Shown here: positions 35,598-48,859 of the stretch, piece after piece
Position numbering within the stretch: position 1 is the stretch's first letter
Layout: every line of letters starts with the position of its first letter
Source of the DNA: Mobula hypostoma
Taxonomy: Eukaryota
DNA length: 64,000 bases
Direction: 5' to 3'
NCBI RefSeq assembly: GCF_963921235.1
Contig: NC_086108.1
Location: forward strand, 372,001-436,000
Notes under the pieces: generated by a model
What the model was told of the DNA's origin: nothing
Databases searched by the model: none
What the model saw: the letters and a program-made list of their open reading frames with translations, nothing else
Program-made: the position numbers and the translations under genes

Positions 35598-38500
35598 AGA
35601 TAGATAGATAAATGGATAGATACATTACTGATCCCAAAGGAAATTACAGTGCCACAGTAGCATTACATGTGCACAGATATTAATATTAGAAGAGAAGTAA
35701 AAAGAATAAAAAATAAGTGACCTCAAACAGTCTAACAGGAGGGGGTCATCACTTCCCTGGCTATAGGTTAACTCATTATAGAGCAAAGGTTCTGAACTTA
35801 AAGAGGGGTAACTTTGAAGGTATGAGACGTGAATTAGCTAAGATAGACTGGCAAATGACACTTCAAGGATTGACGGTGGATATGCAATGGCAGGCATTTA
35901 AAGGTTGCATGGATGAACTACAACAATTGTTCATCCCAGTTTGGCAAAAGAATAAATCTAGGAAGGTAGTGCACCCGTGGCTGACAAGAGAAATTAGGGA
36001 TAGTATCAATTCCAAAGAAGTAGCATACAAATTAGCCAGAGAAAGTGGCTCACCTGAGGACTGGGAGAAATTCAGAGTTCAGCAGAGGAGGACAAAGGGC
36101 TTAATTAGGAAGGGGAAAAAAGATTATGAGAGAAAACTGGCAGAGAACATAAAAACGGACTGTAAAAGCTTTTATAGATATGTAAAAAGGAAAAGACTGA
36201 TAAAGACAAATGTAGGTCCCCTGCAAACAGAAACAGGTGAATTGATTATGGGGAGCAAGGACATGGCAGACCAATTGAATAATTACTTTGGTTCTGTCTT
36301 CACTAAGGAGGACATAAATAATCTTCCAGAAATAGTAAGGGACAGAGGGTCCAGTGAGATGGAGGAACTGAGCGAAATACATGTTAGTAGGGAAGTGGTG
36401 TTAGGTAAATTGAAGGGATTGAAGGCAGATAAATCCCCAGGGCCAGATGGTCTGCATCCCAGAGTGCTTAAGGAAGTGGCCCAAGAAATAGTGGATGCAT
36501 TAGTGATAATTTTTCAAAACTCGTTAGATTCTGGACTAGTTCCTGAGGATTGGAGGGTGGCTAATGTAACCCCACTTTTTAAAAAAGGAGGGAGAGAGAA
36601 ACCGGGGAATTATAGGCCGGTTAGCCTAACGTCGGTGGTGGGGAAACTGCTGGAGTCAGTTATCAAGGATGTGATAACAGCACATTTGGAAAGCAGTGAA
36701 ATGATCGGACAAAGTCAGCATGGATTTGTGAAAGGAAAATCATGTCTGACGAATCTCATAGAATTTTTTGAGGATGTAACTAGTAGAGTGGATAGGGGAG
36801 AACCAGTGGATGTGGTATATTTGGATTTTCAAAAGGCTTTTGACAAGGTCCCACACAGGAGATTAGTGTGCAAACTTAAAGCACATGGTATTGGGGGTAA
36901 GGTATTGGTGTGGGTGGAGAATTGGTTAGCAGACAGGAAGCAAAGAGTGGGAATAAACGGGACCTTTTCAGAATGGCAGGCGGTGACTAGTGGGGTACCG
37001 CAAGGCTCAGTGCTGGGACCCCAGTTGTTTACAATATATATTAATGACTTGGATGAGGGAATTAAATGAAGCATCTCCAAGTTTGCGGATGACACTAAGC
37101 TGGGTGGCAGTGTTAGCAGTGAGGAGGATGCTAAGAGGATGCAGGGTGACTTGGATAGGTTGGGTGAGTGGGCAAACTCATGGCAGATGCAATTTAATGT
37201 GGATAAATGTGAAGTTATCCACTTTGGTGGCAAAAATAGGAAAACAGATTATTATCTGAATGGTGGCCGATTAGGAAAAGGGGAGGTGCAACGAGACCTG
37301 GGTGTCATTATACACCAGTCATTGAAAGTGGGCATGCAGGTACAGCAGGCGGTGAAAAAGGCGAACGGTATGCTGGCATTTATAGCGAGAGGATTCGAGT
37401 ACAGGAGCAGGGAGGTACTACTGCAGTTGTACAAGGCCTTGGTGAGACCACACCTGGAGTATTGTGTGCAGTTTTGGTCCCCTAATCTGAGGAAAGACAT
37501 CTTTGCCACAGAGGGAGTACAAAGAAGGTTCACCAGATTGATTCCTGGGATGGCAGGTCTTTCATATGAAGAAAGACTGGATGAACTGGGCTTGTACTCG
37601 TTGGAATTTAGAAGATTGAGGGGGGATCTGATTGAAACGTATAAGATCCTAAAGGGATTGGACAGGCTTGATGCGGGAAGATTGTTCCCGATGTTGGGGA
37701 GGTCTAGAACGAGGGGTCACAGTTTGAGGATAGAGGGGAAGCCTTTTAGGACCGAGGTTAGGAAAAACTTCTTCACACAGAGAGTGGTGAATCTGTGGAA
37801 TTCTCTGCCACAGCAAACTGTTGAGGCCAGTTCATTAGCTATGTTTAAAAGGAAGTTAGATATGGCCCTTGTGGCTACAGGGGTCAGGGGGTATGGAGGG
37901 AAGGCTGGGTTCTGAGTTGGATGATCAGCCATGATCATAATAAATGGTGGTGCAGGCTCGAAGGGCCGAATGGCCTACTCCTGCACCTATTTTCTATGTT
38001 TCTATGTTTCTATAATGGCCGAGGGTAAGAATGACCTCTTGTAGTGCTCTTTAAAGCAGTGCAGTTGTCTTAGTCTGTTACTAAAAGTGCTTCTCTGTTC
38101 AGCCAAGGGGGAAGGCAGAGGGTGAGAAAACTGTCCAGAATTGTCAGGATTTTCCGTGGGGACCTTTGTTCTACTACAGTCTCCAGTGTGTCCAGTTTGA
38201 CTCCTATAACAACCCAGCCTTTCTAATCAGTTTATTCAGTCTGTTGGTATCACCTGTGTTGATGCCATTGACTCGCACACATAGAGGATTGTACTAGTGA
38301 CAACAGATTGGTAGAACGTGTGAAGGAGAGACTTGCATAGTCCAAAGGATCTCAGTCTCCTCAGAAAGTAGAGGTGGCCCTTCTTGTACACAGCTCCACT
38401 CAAGTCTGTCACCCAGATGCACTCCCAGGTATTTGTTAGGCCTCACTACTTCCATGTCCTCACCATCAATAGTAAAAGGGAGCGATGCAGGCTTAGTCTT

Positions 38501-38760
38501 CCTAAAGTCTCTCACCATCCCCTTTGTCTTATTAATGTTGAGCTTGGACCATTTGACAAAGTCCTCCACCAGGCCCCTGTATTCATCCTCCCGTCCTCCC
38601 TTTATACACCCAACCATTGCTGAGTCATCAGAGGATATCTGCAGATGTTATGACTCAGTGTGGTACCTAAAGTCTGAAGTGTACAAAGTCAACAGGGAGG
38701 GAGCCAATACAATCCCCTATGGGACCCCAGTGCTGTTTATAGTTTGTCTGACCCACATCT
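35598..38760 (-). mobile_element. Older Rex-Babar-type LINE 3' fragment, split by the CR1 at 35786-38012 (unsplit copy at 53510-54443)
   Basis: SDDSAMVGCI...LNINKTKGMV.DFRK...KYLGVHL; (ATCT)n tail. Confidence 0.75.
35786..38012 (+). mobile_element. Young 5'-truncated CR1 (family A) with one nonsense mutation
   Basis: Near-identical to 32672-34903 inverted; TGC>TGA at 37067-37069; tail TTTCTATG repeats. Confidence 0.97.
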
Positions 38761-39842
38761 CTGAATCTCGTGGTCAAATTTCCAATTAGTTTCAAGATAA
38801 TTATGGACAGGGATAGTTCTAGTCCTTGAATTGAGATTGTAAATTAGAGAAAAGCTGATTTTGCTGGTATCAGAAAGGATCTAGCAAGTGTGGATTGAGC
38901 AGGTTGCTTTCTGGCAAAGCCATGTGGAAGGCCTTAAAGTAAAATTTTGAGAGTACAGAATTTTGAGAGCAAAGTTAGCAAGTTCAGGGAACCTTGCTTC
39001 TTTGAGGGATAATGTGGCTGTATTTAAGAAGGAGAGGGATGTGCATAGCAGGTATAGGCAGCAAGGAGCAAATGATGTACTTGAATATGAAAAAGATAAG
39101 AGAATATGTAAAAGGAAATCAAGAGACATAAAAAATGGTATGAGGTTGTTCTCGCAGACGAGGTGTAGGAGAATCCCAAAGGTTTTTAAAAATATACTAA
39201 GAGCAAATGGGGAGCAAGGAAGAAGATTGGTCCTCCTGAAGATCAGCGTGCCTATCTATGCATGGAGCCAAGGGATGGGGGAGATCTTAAATGTTTTTTT
39301 TTTGCATATATATTTATTTGAGGGATGATCCCAAAGTCTATTGAACTCAAGCAATACAGTGAAGTTATGAACCATATACAGATTACAAAGGAGGAGGTGC
39401 TTGCTGTCTTGAGGCAAATTAGGGTATGTAAATCCCAGAGTCTGACAAAGTGCCTCTCACACCTTGTGGAAAGCTGGTGCAGGAATTGCAGGGACCTTTT
39501 CAGAGGTATTTAAAGCATTCTTAGCACAAATAAGAGAAAATCTGCAGGTGCTGGAAATCTAAACAACACACACAAAATGCTGGAGGAACTCGGCAGGCCA
39601 GGTAACATCTATGGAAAAGAGTAAACAGTTGACGTTTTGGTTCGAGACCCTTCATCAGCTCTGGAGAAAAAGATGAGAATTCAGAGTAAGAAGGTACAGG
39701 GTTGGAGAATGATGAATCTGAGGACAGAAAGCCATGGGAGAAAGAAAAGGGGGAGAAACACCAGACAGCAGTGATGGAAAGGTAAGAAGATCAGGTGAGA
39801 GAAGGAAATGGGAACAGGAAACGGTGAAGGGAAGGGGGTTAA

Positions 39843-42522
39843 GTAAACGCAAAGGAGGGGGCTGGCGGTTCTGGTAAATAACAGATGGTGTAATCCTGGG
39901 CATATTACGATCAAAGAACGTGTCTGTAGCCCGGATATTGAACTTTTTGCTGTTGGACTCCAGCCATATTATTTGTCAAGGGAAATCTCGCATGCAATTG
40001 TGGTTGTTGTGTACATCCCTCCCTCTGCCAACCCGACGTCGGAGTGTAACATCATTTACACCGTCATAGCCAGATTACAAACCCAGCACCCGAATGTCCT
40101 CATTACCATCTCGGGTGACTTCAACCAGGTTACCATGGCTAGAACACTGCCCAACTTCACACAGTATGTGAGCTGTACAACCAGAGGGGAGAGGACTCTG
40201 GATTTGATGTACGCTAACGTTAAGGATGCATGCAGCTCCTCTCCCCTCCCCCCACTGGGAAGGTCAGATCACAACCTGGTGCATCTAAAACCCTGCTACG
40301 TGCCTCTGGTGAAGAGTAAACCTGCAACCTCGAGGACAGTGAGGAAATGGTCGGAGGAGGCTTATGAGGCGCTCCAGGGTTGTTTTGAGGTGACAGACTG
40401 GCAGGCACTCTGTGAGCCACATGGAGAGGATATTGATGGGCTCACAGAGTGCATCACTGATTACATCAACTTCTGTGTGGACTGCAATGTTCCGACAAGA
40501 ACTGTCCTTTGTTATTCAAATAACAAGCCATGGGTGACAAAGGACATTAAAGACATCCTGAACGCTAAAAAGAGGGCGTTTAGAGATGGAAATAGGGAGG
40601 AGCTGAGGGCAATACAGAGGGACCTGAAAGCCAGGATCAGGGAGGCTGAAGACAGGTACAGGAGGAAGCTTGAGTGGAAACTCCAGCAGAACAACATGAG
40701 AGAGGTCTGGAGTGGGATGAGGACCATCACTGGGTTCCGGCAAACTAGCAACAGAGGAGCTGAAGGCAGTGTGGACAGGGCCAATGAACTTAACCTGTTC
40801 TTTAACAGATTTGACATTGTGACCCCTGCCCATCCCCCACATGAGCCATCTGTTGTCGACCCCCAACCATCACATATTCCACTCTCCCCTCCTACTCCTC
40901 CTCACAGTCCCCCACCCTGCTCTCATGACTATACCTCTTCCCCACACGAAACCACCACGGTGGGCTTCACAGCTGAACAGGTGAGAAGACAGCTGAAACG
41001 TCTCAACCCAAGCAAGGCTGTAGGACCGGATGGTGTCAGTACCAGGGTGCTCAAAGCCTGTGCCCCTCAGCTATGTGGAGTACTTCGCCATGTATTCAAC
41101 CTGAGCCTGAGGCTCCAGAAGGTTCCTGTGGAAGACGTCCTGCCTCGTCCCTGTGCCGAAGATGCCGCGCCCCAGCGGCCTTAATGACTACAGACCGGTG
41201 GCATTGACCTCCCACATCATGAAGACCCTGGAGAGACTTGTTCTGGAGCTGCTCTGGCCTATGGTCAGGCCACACTTAGATCCCCTCCAGTTCACCTACC
41301 AGCCCCGACTAGGAGTTGAGGATGCCATCGTCTACCTGCTGAATCGTGTCTACGCCCACCTGGACAAGCCAGCGAGCACTGTGAGGGTCATGTTTTTTGA
41401 CTTCCCCAGTGCATTCAACACCATCCGCCCTGCTCTGCTGGGGGAGAAGCTGACAGCGATGCAGGTGGATGCTTTCCTGGTATCATGGATTCTTGATTAT
41501 CCAACTGGCAGACCACAGTACGTGTGATTGCAACACTGTGTGCTGACAGAGTGATCAGCAGCACTGGGGCTCCACAGGGGACTGTCTTGTCTCCCTTTCT
41601 CTTCAGCGTTTACACCTCGGACTTCAACTACTGCACAGAGTCTTGTCATCTTCAGAAGTTTTCTGGTGACTCTGCCATAGTTGGATGCATCAGCAAGGAA
41701 GATGAGGTTGAGTACACGGCTACGGTAGGAAACTTTGTCACATGGTGTGAGCAGAGTTATCTGCAGCTTAATGTGAAAAAGACTAGGGAGCTGGTGGTAG
41801 ACCTGAGGAGAGCTAAGGTACCGGTGACTCCTGTTTCCATCCAGGGGGTCAGTGTGGACATGGTGGAGGATTACAAATACCTGGGGATACGAATTGACAA
41901 TAAACTGGACTGGTCTAAGAACACTGAGGCTGTCTACAAGAAGGGTCAGAGCCGTCTCTATTTCCTGAGGAGACTGATGTCCTTTAACATCTGCCGGACG
42001 ATGCTGAGGATGTTCTACGAGTCTGTGGTGGCCAGTGTTATCATGTTTGCTGTTGTGTGCTGGGACAGCAGGCTGAGGGTAGCAGACACCAACAGAATCA
42101 ACAAACTCATTCGTAAGGCCAGTGATGTTGTGGGGATGGAACTGGACTCTCTCTCGGTGGTGTCTGAAAAGAGGACGCTGTCTAAGTTGCATGCCATCTT
42201 GGACAATGTCTCCCATCCACTACATAATGTACTGGTTGGGCACAGGAGTACATTCAGCCAGAGACTCATTCCACCGAGATGCAACACAGAGCGTCATAGG
42301 AAGTCATTCCTGCCTGTGGCCATCAAACTTTACAACTCCTCCCTTGGAGGGTCAGACACCCTGAGCCAATAGGCTGGTCCTGGACTTATTTCATAATTTA
42401 CTGGCATAATTTACATATTACTATTTAACTATATATGGTTCTATTACTGTTTATTATTTATGGTGCAACTGTAACGAAAACAAGTTTCCCCCTGGGATCA
42501 ATAAAGTATGACTATGACTATG
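39843..42522 (+). mobile_element. Rex1/Babar-clade LINE (APE-RT, frameshifted) inserted in a Penelope-derived repeat
   Basis: GGLAVLVNNRWC, GDFN, TLDLMYAN, GRSDHN, YRPVALTS, GAPQGTVLSP, TNRINKLIRKA; tail AATAAAG(TATGAC)n. Confidence 0.88.
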
Positions 42523-43875
42523 TTACCGGAAGTTTGAGAAACCGGTGTTCATGCCATCAAGTTGCACGCTACCTAGACGGAATAGAAGGTGTTGTTCCTT
42601 TAACCTGAGTGTGGTCACATCGCGGAAGTAGAGGAAGCCATGGGAAATGTTAGAGTGGGAATTGGAAGTAGAATTAAAATGGGTGGCCATTGGGAGATCC
42701 TACTTTTTCTGGCTGATGAAGCATAGGTGGTTGATGAAGCGGTCTCCCAATCTACGCCAGGGCTCACCAATACACAGGAGACCACACCGGGAGCACCCGA
42801 TACAGAGATGACCTCAGCAGACTCACCATCAATGCTGCCCTCATCCGCATCTCTTCCATTACTCATATCTGCTCTCACCCCATCCTCGCCACCCCACCAG
42901 GGATGGGGTTCCTCTTGTTTTCACCTACCACACCACTAGCCTCCACGTCCAACACATAATTTTCCATAACTTCTGCCACCTCCAACAGGATCCCATCATC
43001 AAGCACATCTTTTGCTCCTCACCACTTCCTGTTTTCCATATTGTTTGCGACTCCCTTGTCCATTCACTTCTCCCCACCCATCTCTCTCCTGGTGCTTATC
43101 CTTACGAGCAGAATAAGTGCTACACCTGCCCTTACAACTCTTCTCTCACTGCCATTCAGGACCCCAAACAGTCCTTCCAGGTGAGGTGACACTTCACCTG
43201 TGAGGGTGTGGGGGTCATCTACTGTATCTGGTGCTCCCAGTGTGGCCTCCTTTATACTGGTGAGACCCAATGCAGGTTGGGAGACCGCTTCACCGAGCAT
43301 CTATGCTTTGCCCGCCAGAAAAAGCAGGATCTCCAATTGGCCATCCTTTTTAATTCTACTTACCATTCCCATTCCGACATGTTTGTCCATGGCCTCCTCT
43401 AGTGCTGCAATGAGGCCACACTCAGGTTGGAGGAGCAACACGTTACATTCTGTCTGGTTCCATCTGGATTGCATGGATATCAATTTCACGAACATCTGGT
43501 AATTTCCCTCCCCCACCTCTCCTTCATCATTCCCCATTCCCATTTCCCTTTCTCAACTTATCTCCTAACCTCCCACCACCTCCCTCTAGTGCTCCTCCCT
43601 CTTCCCTTTCTTCCACGGCCTTCTATCAGATTCCTCCTTCTCAGCCCTTCATCTCGTTCAGCGATTGATTTCCCAGCTCTTCACTTCAGACCTCTCCCTC
43701 TCCCAGGTTTCACCTATCACCTACTACCTTGTATTTCTTCCTCCCCTCCTCCACCTTCTCACCATTTTCCTCCAGTCCTGATGAAGGGTCATGGCCCAAC
43801 ACCAACCTGTTTACTCTTTTCCATAGATGCTGCCTGCTCTGCTGAGTTCCTGCAGCATTTTGTGTGTGTTGCTCA
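42523..43875. mobile_element. Penelope-like 3' fragments (GIY-YIG plus pseudo-LTR) in inverted arrangement
   Basis: GVIYCIWCSQCGLLYTGETQCRLGDRFTEH on + (43208-43402); a homologous copy on - (42615-42830) continues to 39530-39842. Confidence 0.85.
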
Positions 43876-44134
43876 AAGCATTCTCAGCCAGGTGTACGGT
43901 GCCAGAGCACTGGAGGATAGCTAATGTTGATCAGTTAATAAAGAAATGCTGTAAAAATGAGTCAGGAAATGATAAACCAGTGAGCTTACCAGTAGTGGGT
44001 AACATTGGAGGGTATTCTAAGGTACTGGATATATAAGTAGTTGGATAGACAGGTACAGATTGGAGATAGTCAACATGACTCTGTGCCATTGTAGGGCACG
44101 TCCAGCCAATTTCACAGTGTTTTACTCGGTCCGT

Positions 44135-45470
44135 TGATGAATGAGAAGCACTCAAGCCCACATCCTGGCTATTATTTGGAGGCCTATGGTTCCTATAATG
44201 GTGTTTTCACCCTTGCAGTTTCTTAATTCCACCCACAAAGATTCAACATTCTCTGAGCCCATGCCACCTCCTTCTAAAGATGTAATTCCATCTCTTAACA
44301 ACAGAGCCACACCACTGCCTATGCCTTCCTGCCTGTCCTTTCAATACAAAGTATATCCTTTGATGTTAAGCTCCCAACTATGGCCTTCTTTCAGCCACGA
44401 CTCAGTGATGCCCATAGCATCATACTGACCAATCTCTGATTGCCCCACAAGTTCGTCCACCTTATTCCAAATGCTATGTGCATTTGAGTACAGCATCTTT
44501 AGTCCTGCATTCTTCACCTTTTGAATTTTGCCTCTGTGGTGCAATCTAACTCATTGTTCTGTCTGCATTTGTGCCCAACATTTGGCTTGTCCTTCCTTAC
44601 ATTCATGTTACACCCATCATCTACTTGCAAACCTGTTGGCTCATTCTCAGCTCTATCATCCTGGTCCCCATCCCCCTGCCATATAAGTTTAAACCACTCC
44701 CAACAGCTCTAGTACACCTGCCCACAAGAATACTGCATTCAAGTACATTCCCTCCCTTTTGTACAGGTCACAGCTGCCTCAAAAGAGGTCCCAATTATCA
44801 AGAAATCTGAATCCCTGCCCCACGCGTCAATTCTTCAGTCACGCATTTATCTGCCACTTCATTCTGCTCCTATCCTCACTGTCGCATGGCACAGGTAGCA
44901 ATCCTGAGGTGACTACCCTTGAGATCCTGATTCTCAGCTTTTTTCCTAACTCCCTGTATTCTGCTTTCAGGACTTCCTCCCTTTTTCGACCTTTGTCGTT
45001 GGTACCAATATGTTCCACGACCTCTGGCTGCTCACCCTCCCTTTTCAGGATATTGTGGACACATCCTGGACCCTGACACCTGGGAGGCAGCTATCATCCT
45101 TATTTCTTTTTCACCATCACAGAATCACCTATCTCTTACCCTAGCTATAGTCCCTTATTAGTACTGCAATCCTCTTCACTTCCCTACCATTCTGAGCCAC
45201 AGGGTCAGACTCAGCCCGAGAGGCACGGCCGCTGTTGCTTCCCCCACATAGGCCATACCCCCCCAACAGTACTCAAAATGGAGATACTTATTGTTGAGGG
45301 GGATGGCCACAGGGGTGCTCTCCACTATCTGACATTCTTCCTTTCCTCTCCTGACAGTCACCCATTGATCTGTCTCCTCCAGCCAGGATTGACTATCTCC
45401 CAGTCGCTCATGTCTATCACCTCTTCACTTTCTCGAACAAGCTGCAGCTCCAGTTCCCTAACATGGTCTT
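44135..45470 (-). mobile_element. Decayed CR1 5' region (ORF1 remnant plus APE start)
   Basis: ESTPVAIPLNNKY; LKMLYSNAHSIWNKVDEL...GITESWLKEGHSWELNIKGY. Confidence 0.8.
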
Positions 45471-46403
45471 TAAAGATGGGTTCAATGGGTAAAGAAGGAC
45501 TACAGATGAGAGCTGTGTTTAAATAGGCAGCCGGTAATTCATGTTAGCTGGCTGGAGACTGGGAAGTGCCTGGCTGTGCAGGCCTGATAGAATACAGGAG
45601 TTGGAATATTATGTTGATATTAAACAAGTTGTTGCTGAGATGGAATTTGGAATATTGTGTGCAGTTTCAGTCTCCTAATTAGTTGAAAGTTATCAATAAG
45701 ATGAAAATGTACAAAAAAATTTACAAGGATGTTGCAAGGTCTTGAAGACTTCAATTATTGGAGAAGCTTGAATAGATTAAGACATTATTCCCTTGGAGCA
45801 TAGGAGAATGAGAGGAGTTTTGATCGAGGTATACAAACTTATAAGATAAGTGCAAGAAGGCTTTCTTCACTGAGGTTGAGTGAATCTAGAACTAGAGGTC
45901 AGGGGTTAGGGGTGAAAGATGAAATGTTTAAGGGAAACATAAAGGAAAACTTCTTCACTCAGTGGTATGTGAGAGTGTGACATGAGCTGCTAGCAGAAAT
46001 AGTGATTGAGGGTTTCATTTCAACATCTGCCATTTCACCACAATATCTGCAACAGATCTATATCCCAATATATCATTTTGCAGTTGTTCACACTATCCAC
46101 AACACCACCAATCCTTGTGTCACCTGAAAACTTACTAATCCAATGTCATCTACAGTATATATATCCTGTATCACAAACAGTAGAGGTCCCATTACATTTC
46201 CCTGTGGAATAACATTAATTATGGACCTTCAACTGCCATCCTGTTTGTAATTCTGATTAGTTAAACCAGATCAGAACTAGTAGGGCTCTAGAACTTTCAG
46301 AGAACAGAGATATATTGGAAATTGCCACCAGCCCTTAATTGTTAATCATAAATGGAAATAACATGTTCTCAAAGGAGAAATACATGAATAGCCTGAAATA
46401 TAA

Positions 46404-46782
46404 ACTTACCATCTTTAACTCAGGGGACTCAATGTATTAAAGTGTTTGGTATACCTTGACCTGAATTGCTCTTCAAATTTACTTCTCATGTATGAAAGAA
46501 TTCCCTTTATTACCCTCGCATAAGTCAACAGCAGTCATACTGATGACACAATAATAGTTTGTCAATTCTGCATTGTGATCTGGTAATCTTATGCAATTTA
46601 ATAGTAATTATCAGAAATTTTCTACATTATTCAGCCAGGAAACCCTGAGTCAGCAACAAGGCTGCCATTTTTTGTCCACACTGTCAAAGAATTGGCCAGC
46701 CCGGCCATCTGTGTACCAGCTGACCAGTCCACCCGTACAAATCGTGGACAATTAGCGTGGTTCTTATTGTTGTACGATGCAC
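46404..46782 (-). other. Candidate first exon ending in AAG-ATG|GTAAGT (probably the SPATA25-like exon 1, now inverted)
   Basis: Non-repeat sequence with a consensus donor GTAAGT at 46409-46404 immediately after ATG (46412-46410). Gene assignment is an inference from the inversion reconstruction. Confidence 0.45.
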
Positions 46783-48565
46783 AAACCCCAAGGCGTTCTT
46801 CAATAATGTGAAGAACAAAAGGATGACAGGAGTGAAGGTAGGACCGATTAGAGATAAAGGTGGGAAGATGTGCCTGGAGGCTGTGGAAGTGAGCGAGGTC
46901 CTCAATGAATACTTCTCTTCGGTATTCACCAATGAGAGGGAACTTGATGAAGGTGAGGACAATATGAGTGAGGTTGATGTTCTGGGGCATGTTGATATTA
47001 AGGCAGAGGAGGTGTTGGAGTTGTTAATATACATTAGGACAGATAAGTCCCCAGGGCCTGATGGAATATTCCCCAAGCTGCTCCACGAGGTGAGGGAAGA
47101 GATTGCTGAGCCTCTGGCTAGGATCTTTATGTCTTCATTGTCCACGGGAATGGTACCGAACGATTGGAGGGAGGCGAATGTTGTCCCTTTGTTCAAAAAA
47201 GGTAGTAGGGATAGTCCGGGTAATTATAGACCAGTGAGCCTTACGTCTGTGGTGGGAAAGCTGTTGGAAAAGATTCTTAGAGATGGGATCTATAGGCATG
47301 TAGAGAATCATGGTCTGATCAGGGACAGTCAGCATGGCTTTGTGAAGGGCAGATCGTGTCTAACAAGCCTGATAGAGTTCTTTGAGGAGGTGACCAGGTA
47401 TATAGATGAGGGTAGTGCAGTGGATGTGATCTATAAGGATTTTAGTAAGGCATTTGACAAGGTTCCACACGGTAGGCTTATCCAGAAAATCAGAAGGCAT
47501 GGGATCCAGGGAAGTTTGGCCAGGTGGATTCAGAATTGGCTTGCCTGCAGAAGGCAGAGGGTCGTGGTGGAGGGAGTACATTCAGATTGGAGGGTTGTGA
47601 CTAGTGGTGTCCCACAAGGATTGGTTCTGGGACCTCTACTTTTCAAGATTATTATTAGCGACCTGGATGTGGGGGTAGAAGGGTGGGTTGGCAAGTTTGC
47701 AGACGTCACAAAGGTTGGTGGTATTGTAGATAGTGTAGGGGATTGTCGAAGATTGCAGAGGGCATTGATAGGATGCAGAAGTGGGCTGAGAAGTGGCAGA
47801 TGGAGTTCAACCAGGAGAAGTGTGAGGTGGTACATTTTGGAAGGACAGACTCCAAGGCAGAGTACAAAGTAAATGGCAGGATACTTGGTAGTGTGGAGGA
47901 GCAGAAGGATCTGGGGGTAAATGTCCACAGATCCCTGAAAGTTGCCTCACAGGTGGATAGGGTAGTTAAGAAAGCTTATGGGGTGTTAGCTTTCATAAGT
48001 CGAGGGACAGAGTTTAAGAGTCACGATGTAATGATGCAGCTCTATAAAACTCTGGTTAGGCCACACTTGGAGTACTGTGTCCAGTTCTGGTCACCTCACT
48101 ATAGGAAGGATGTGGAAGCATTGGAAAGGGTACAGAGGAGATTTACCAGGATGCTGCCTGGTTTAGAGAGTATGAATTATGATCAGAGATTAAGGGAGAG
48201 AAGGAGGATGAGAGGAGACATGATAGAGGTATACAAGATATTAAGAGGAATAGATAGAGTGGATAGCCAGCGCCTCTTCTCCTGGGCACCACTGCTCAAT
48301 AAAAGGGGCCATGGCTTTAAGGTAAGGGGTGGGAAGTTCAAGGGGGATATTAGAGGAAGGTTTTTCACTCAGAGAGTGGTTGGTGCGTGGAATGCACTGC
48401 CTGAGTCAGTGGTGGAGGCAGATACACTAGTGAAATTTAAGAGACTACTAGACAGGTATATGGAGGAATTTAAGGTGGGGAGGCAGGTTTTGAGGGTCAG
48501 CACAACAATGTAGGCCGAAGGGCCTGTACTGTGCTGTACTATTCTATGTTCTATGTTCTATGTTC
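46783..48565 (+). mobile_element. 5'-truncated CR1 (family B)
   Basis: RT ORFs 46757-47872 and 47743-48513 (frameshift, small deletion); (TTCTATG)n tail. Confidence 0.95.
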
Positions 48566-48859
48566 GAAAGTGAACTGCAGTGAACTAGCCTAGCAAAGTC
48601 TTTATAAAACGTTAGGACACAAAGTCGCTACCTTGTACTTGCGGTGAAAGCGGTACTGCTCATATAGAATTCGATGCTGAAGCTCAATACTGTAAAAGAC
48701 GCACCTCTCTCCGTGTAAATACAGTGCATTTGGTGTAGAGATTGTCAAATAACCATCATACGCGTAATTGCCTGCATGAAGACCCCAGATTTCTAGTGCA
48801 CTGAGTGACGTCAGTGGTAAATGCGTCAGATACCAGTTGTAAAACGAACAGTACACTAA
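48566..48859. promoter_or_regulatory. Unique CpG-retaining segment with a CRE; candidate promoter
   Basis: Palindromic TGACGTCA at 48806-48813 and CRE-like TGCGTCA at 48822-48828; many CpGs relative to old flanking repeats. Confidence 0.45.

Larger units (their letters stand above)
31327..43407 (+). repeat. Left arm of a large inverted segmental duplication (includes two extra CR1 insertions)
   Basis: Reverse complement of 48860-55833 along its length; mirrored ORFs such as 31847/55085, 38433/53478, 39325/52754 and 43064/48967. Confidence 0.97.

Noticed and set aside
46410..46489. Upstream ATG (MRSKFEEQ...) as the start of the candidate exon
   Set aside because: Hits TAA after 24 codons; would need a frameshift, so it is kept only as an alternative to the terminal ATG.
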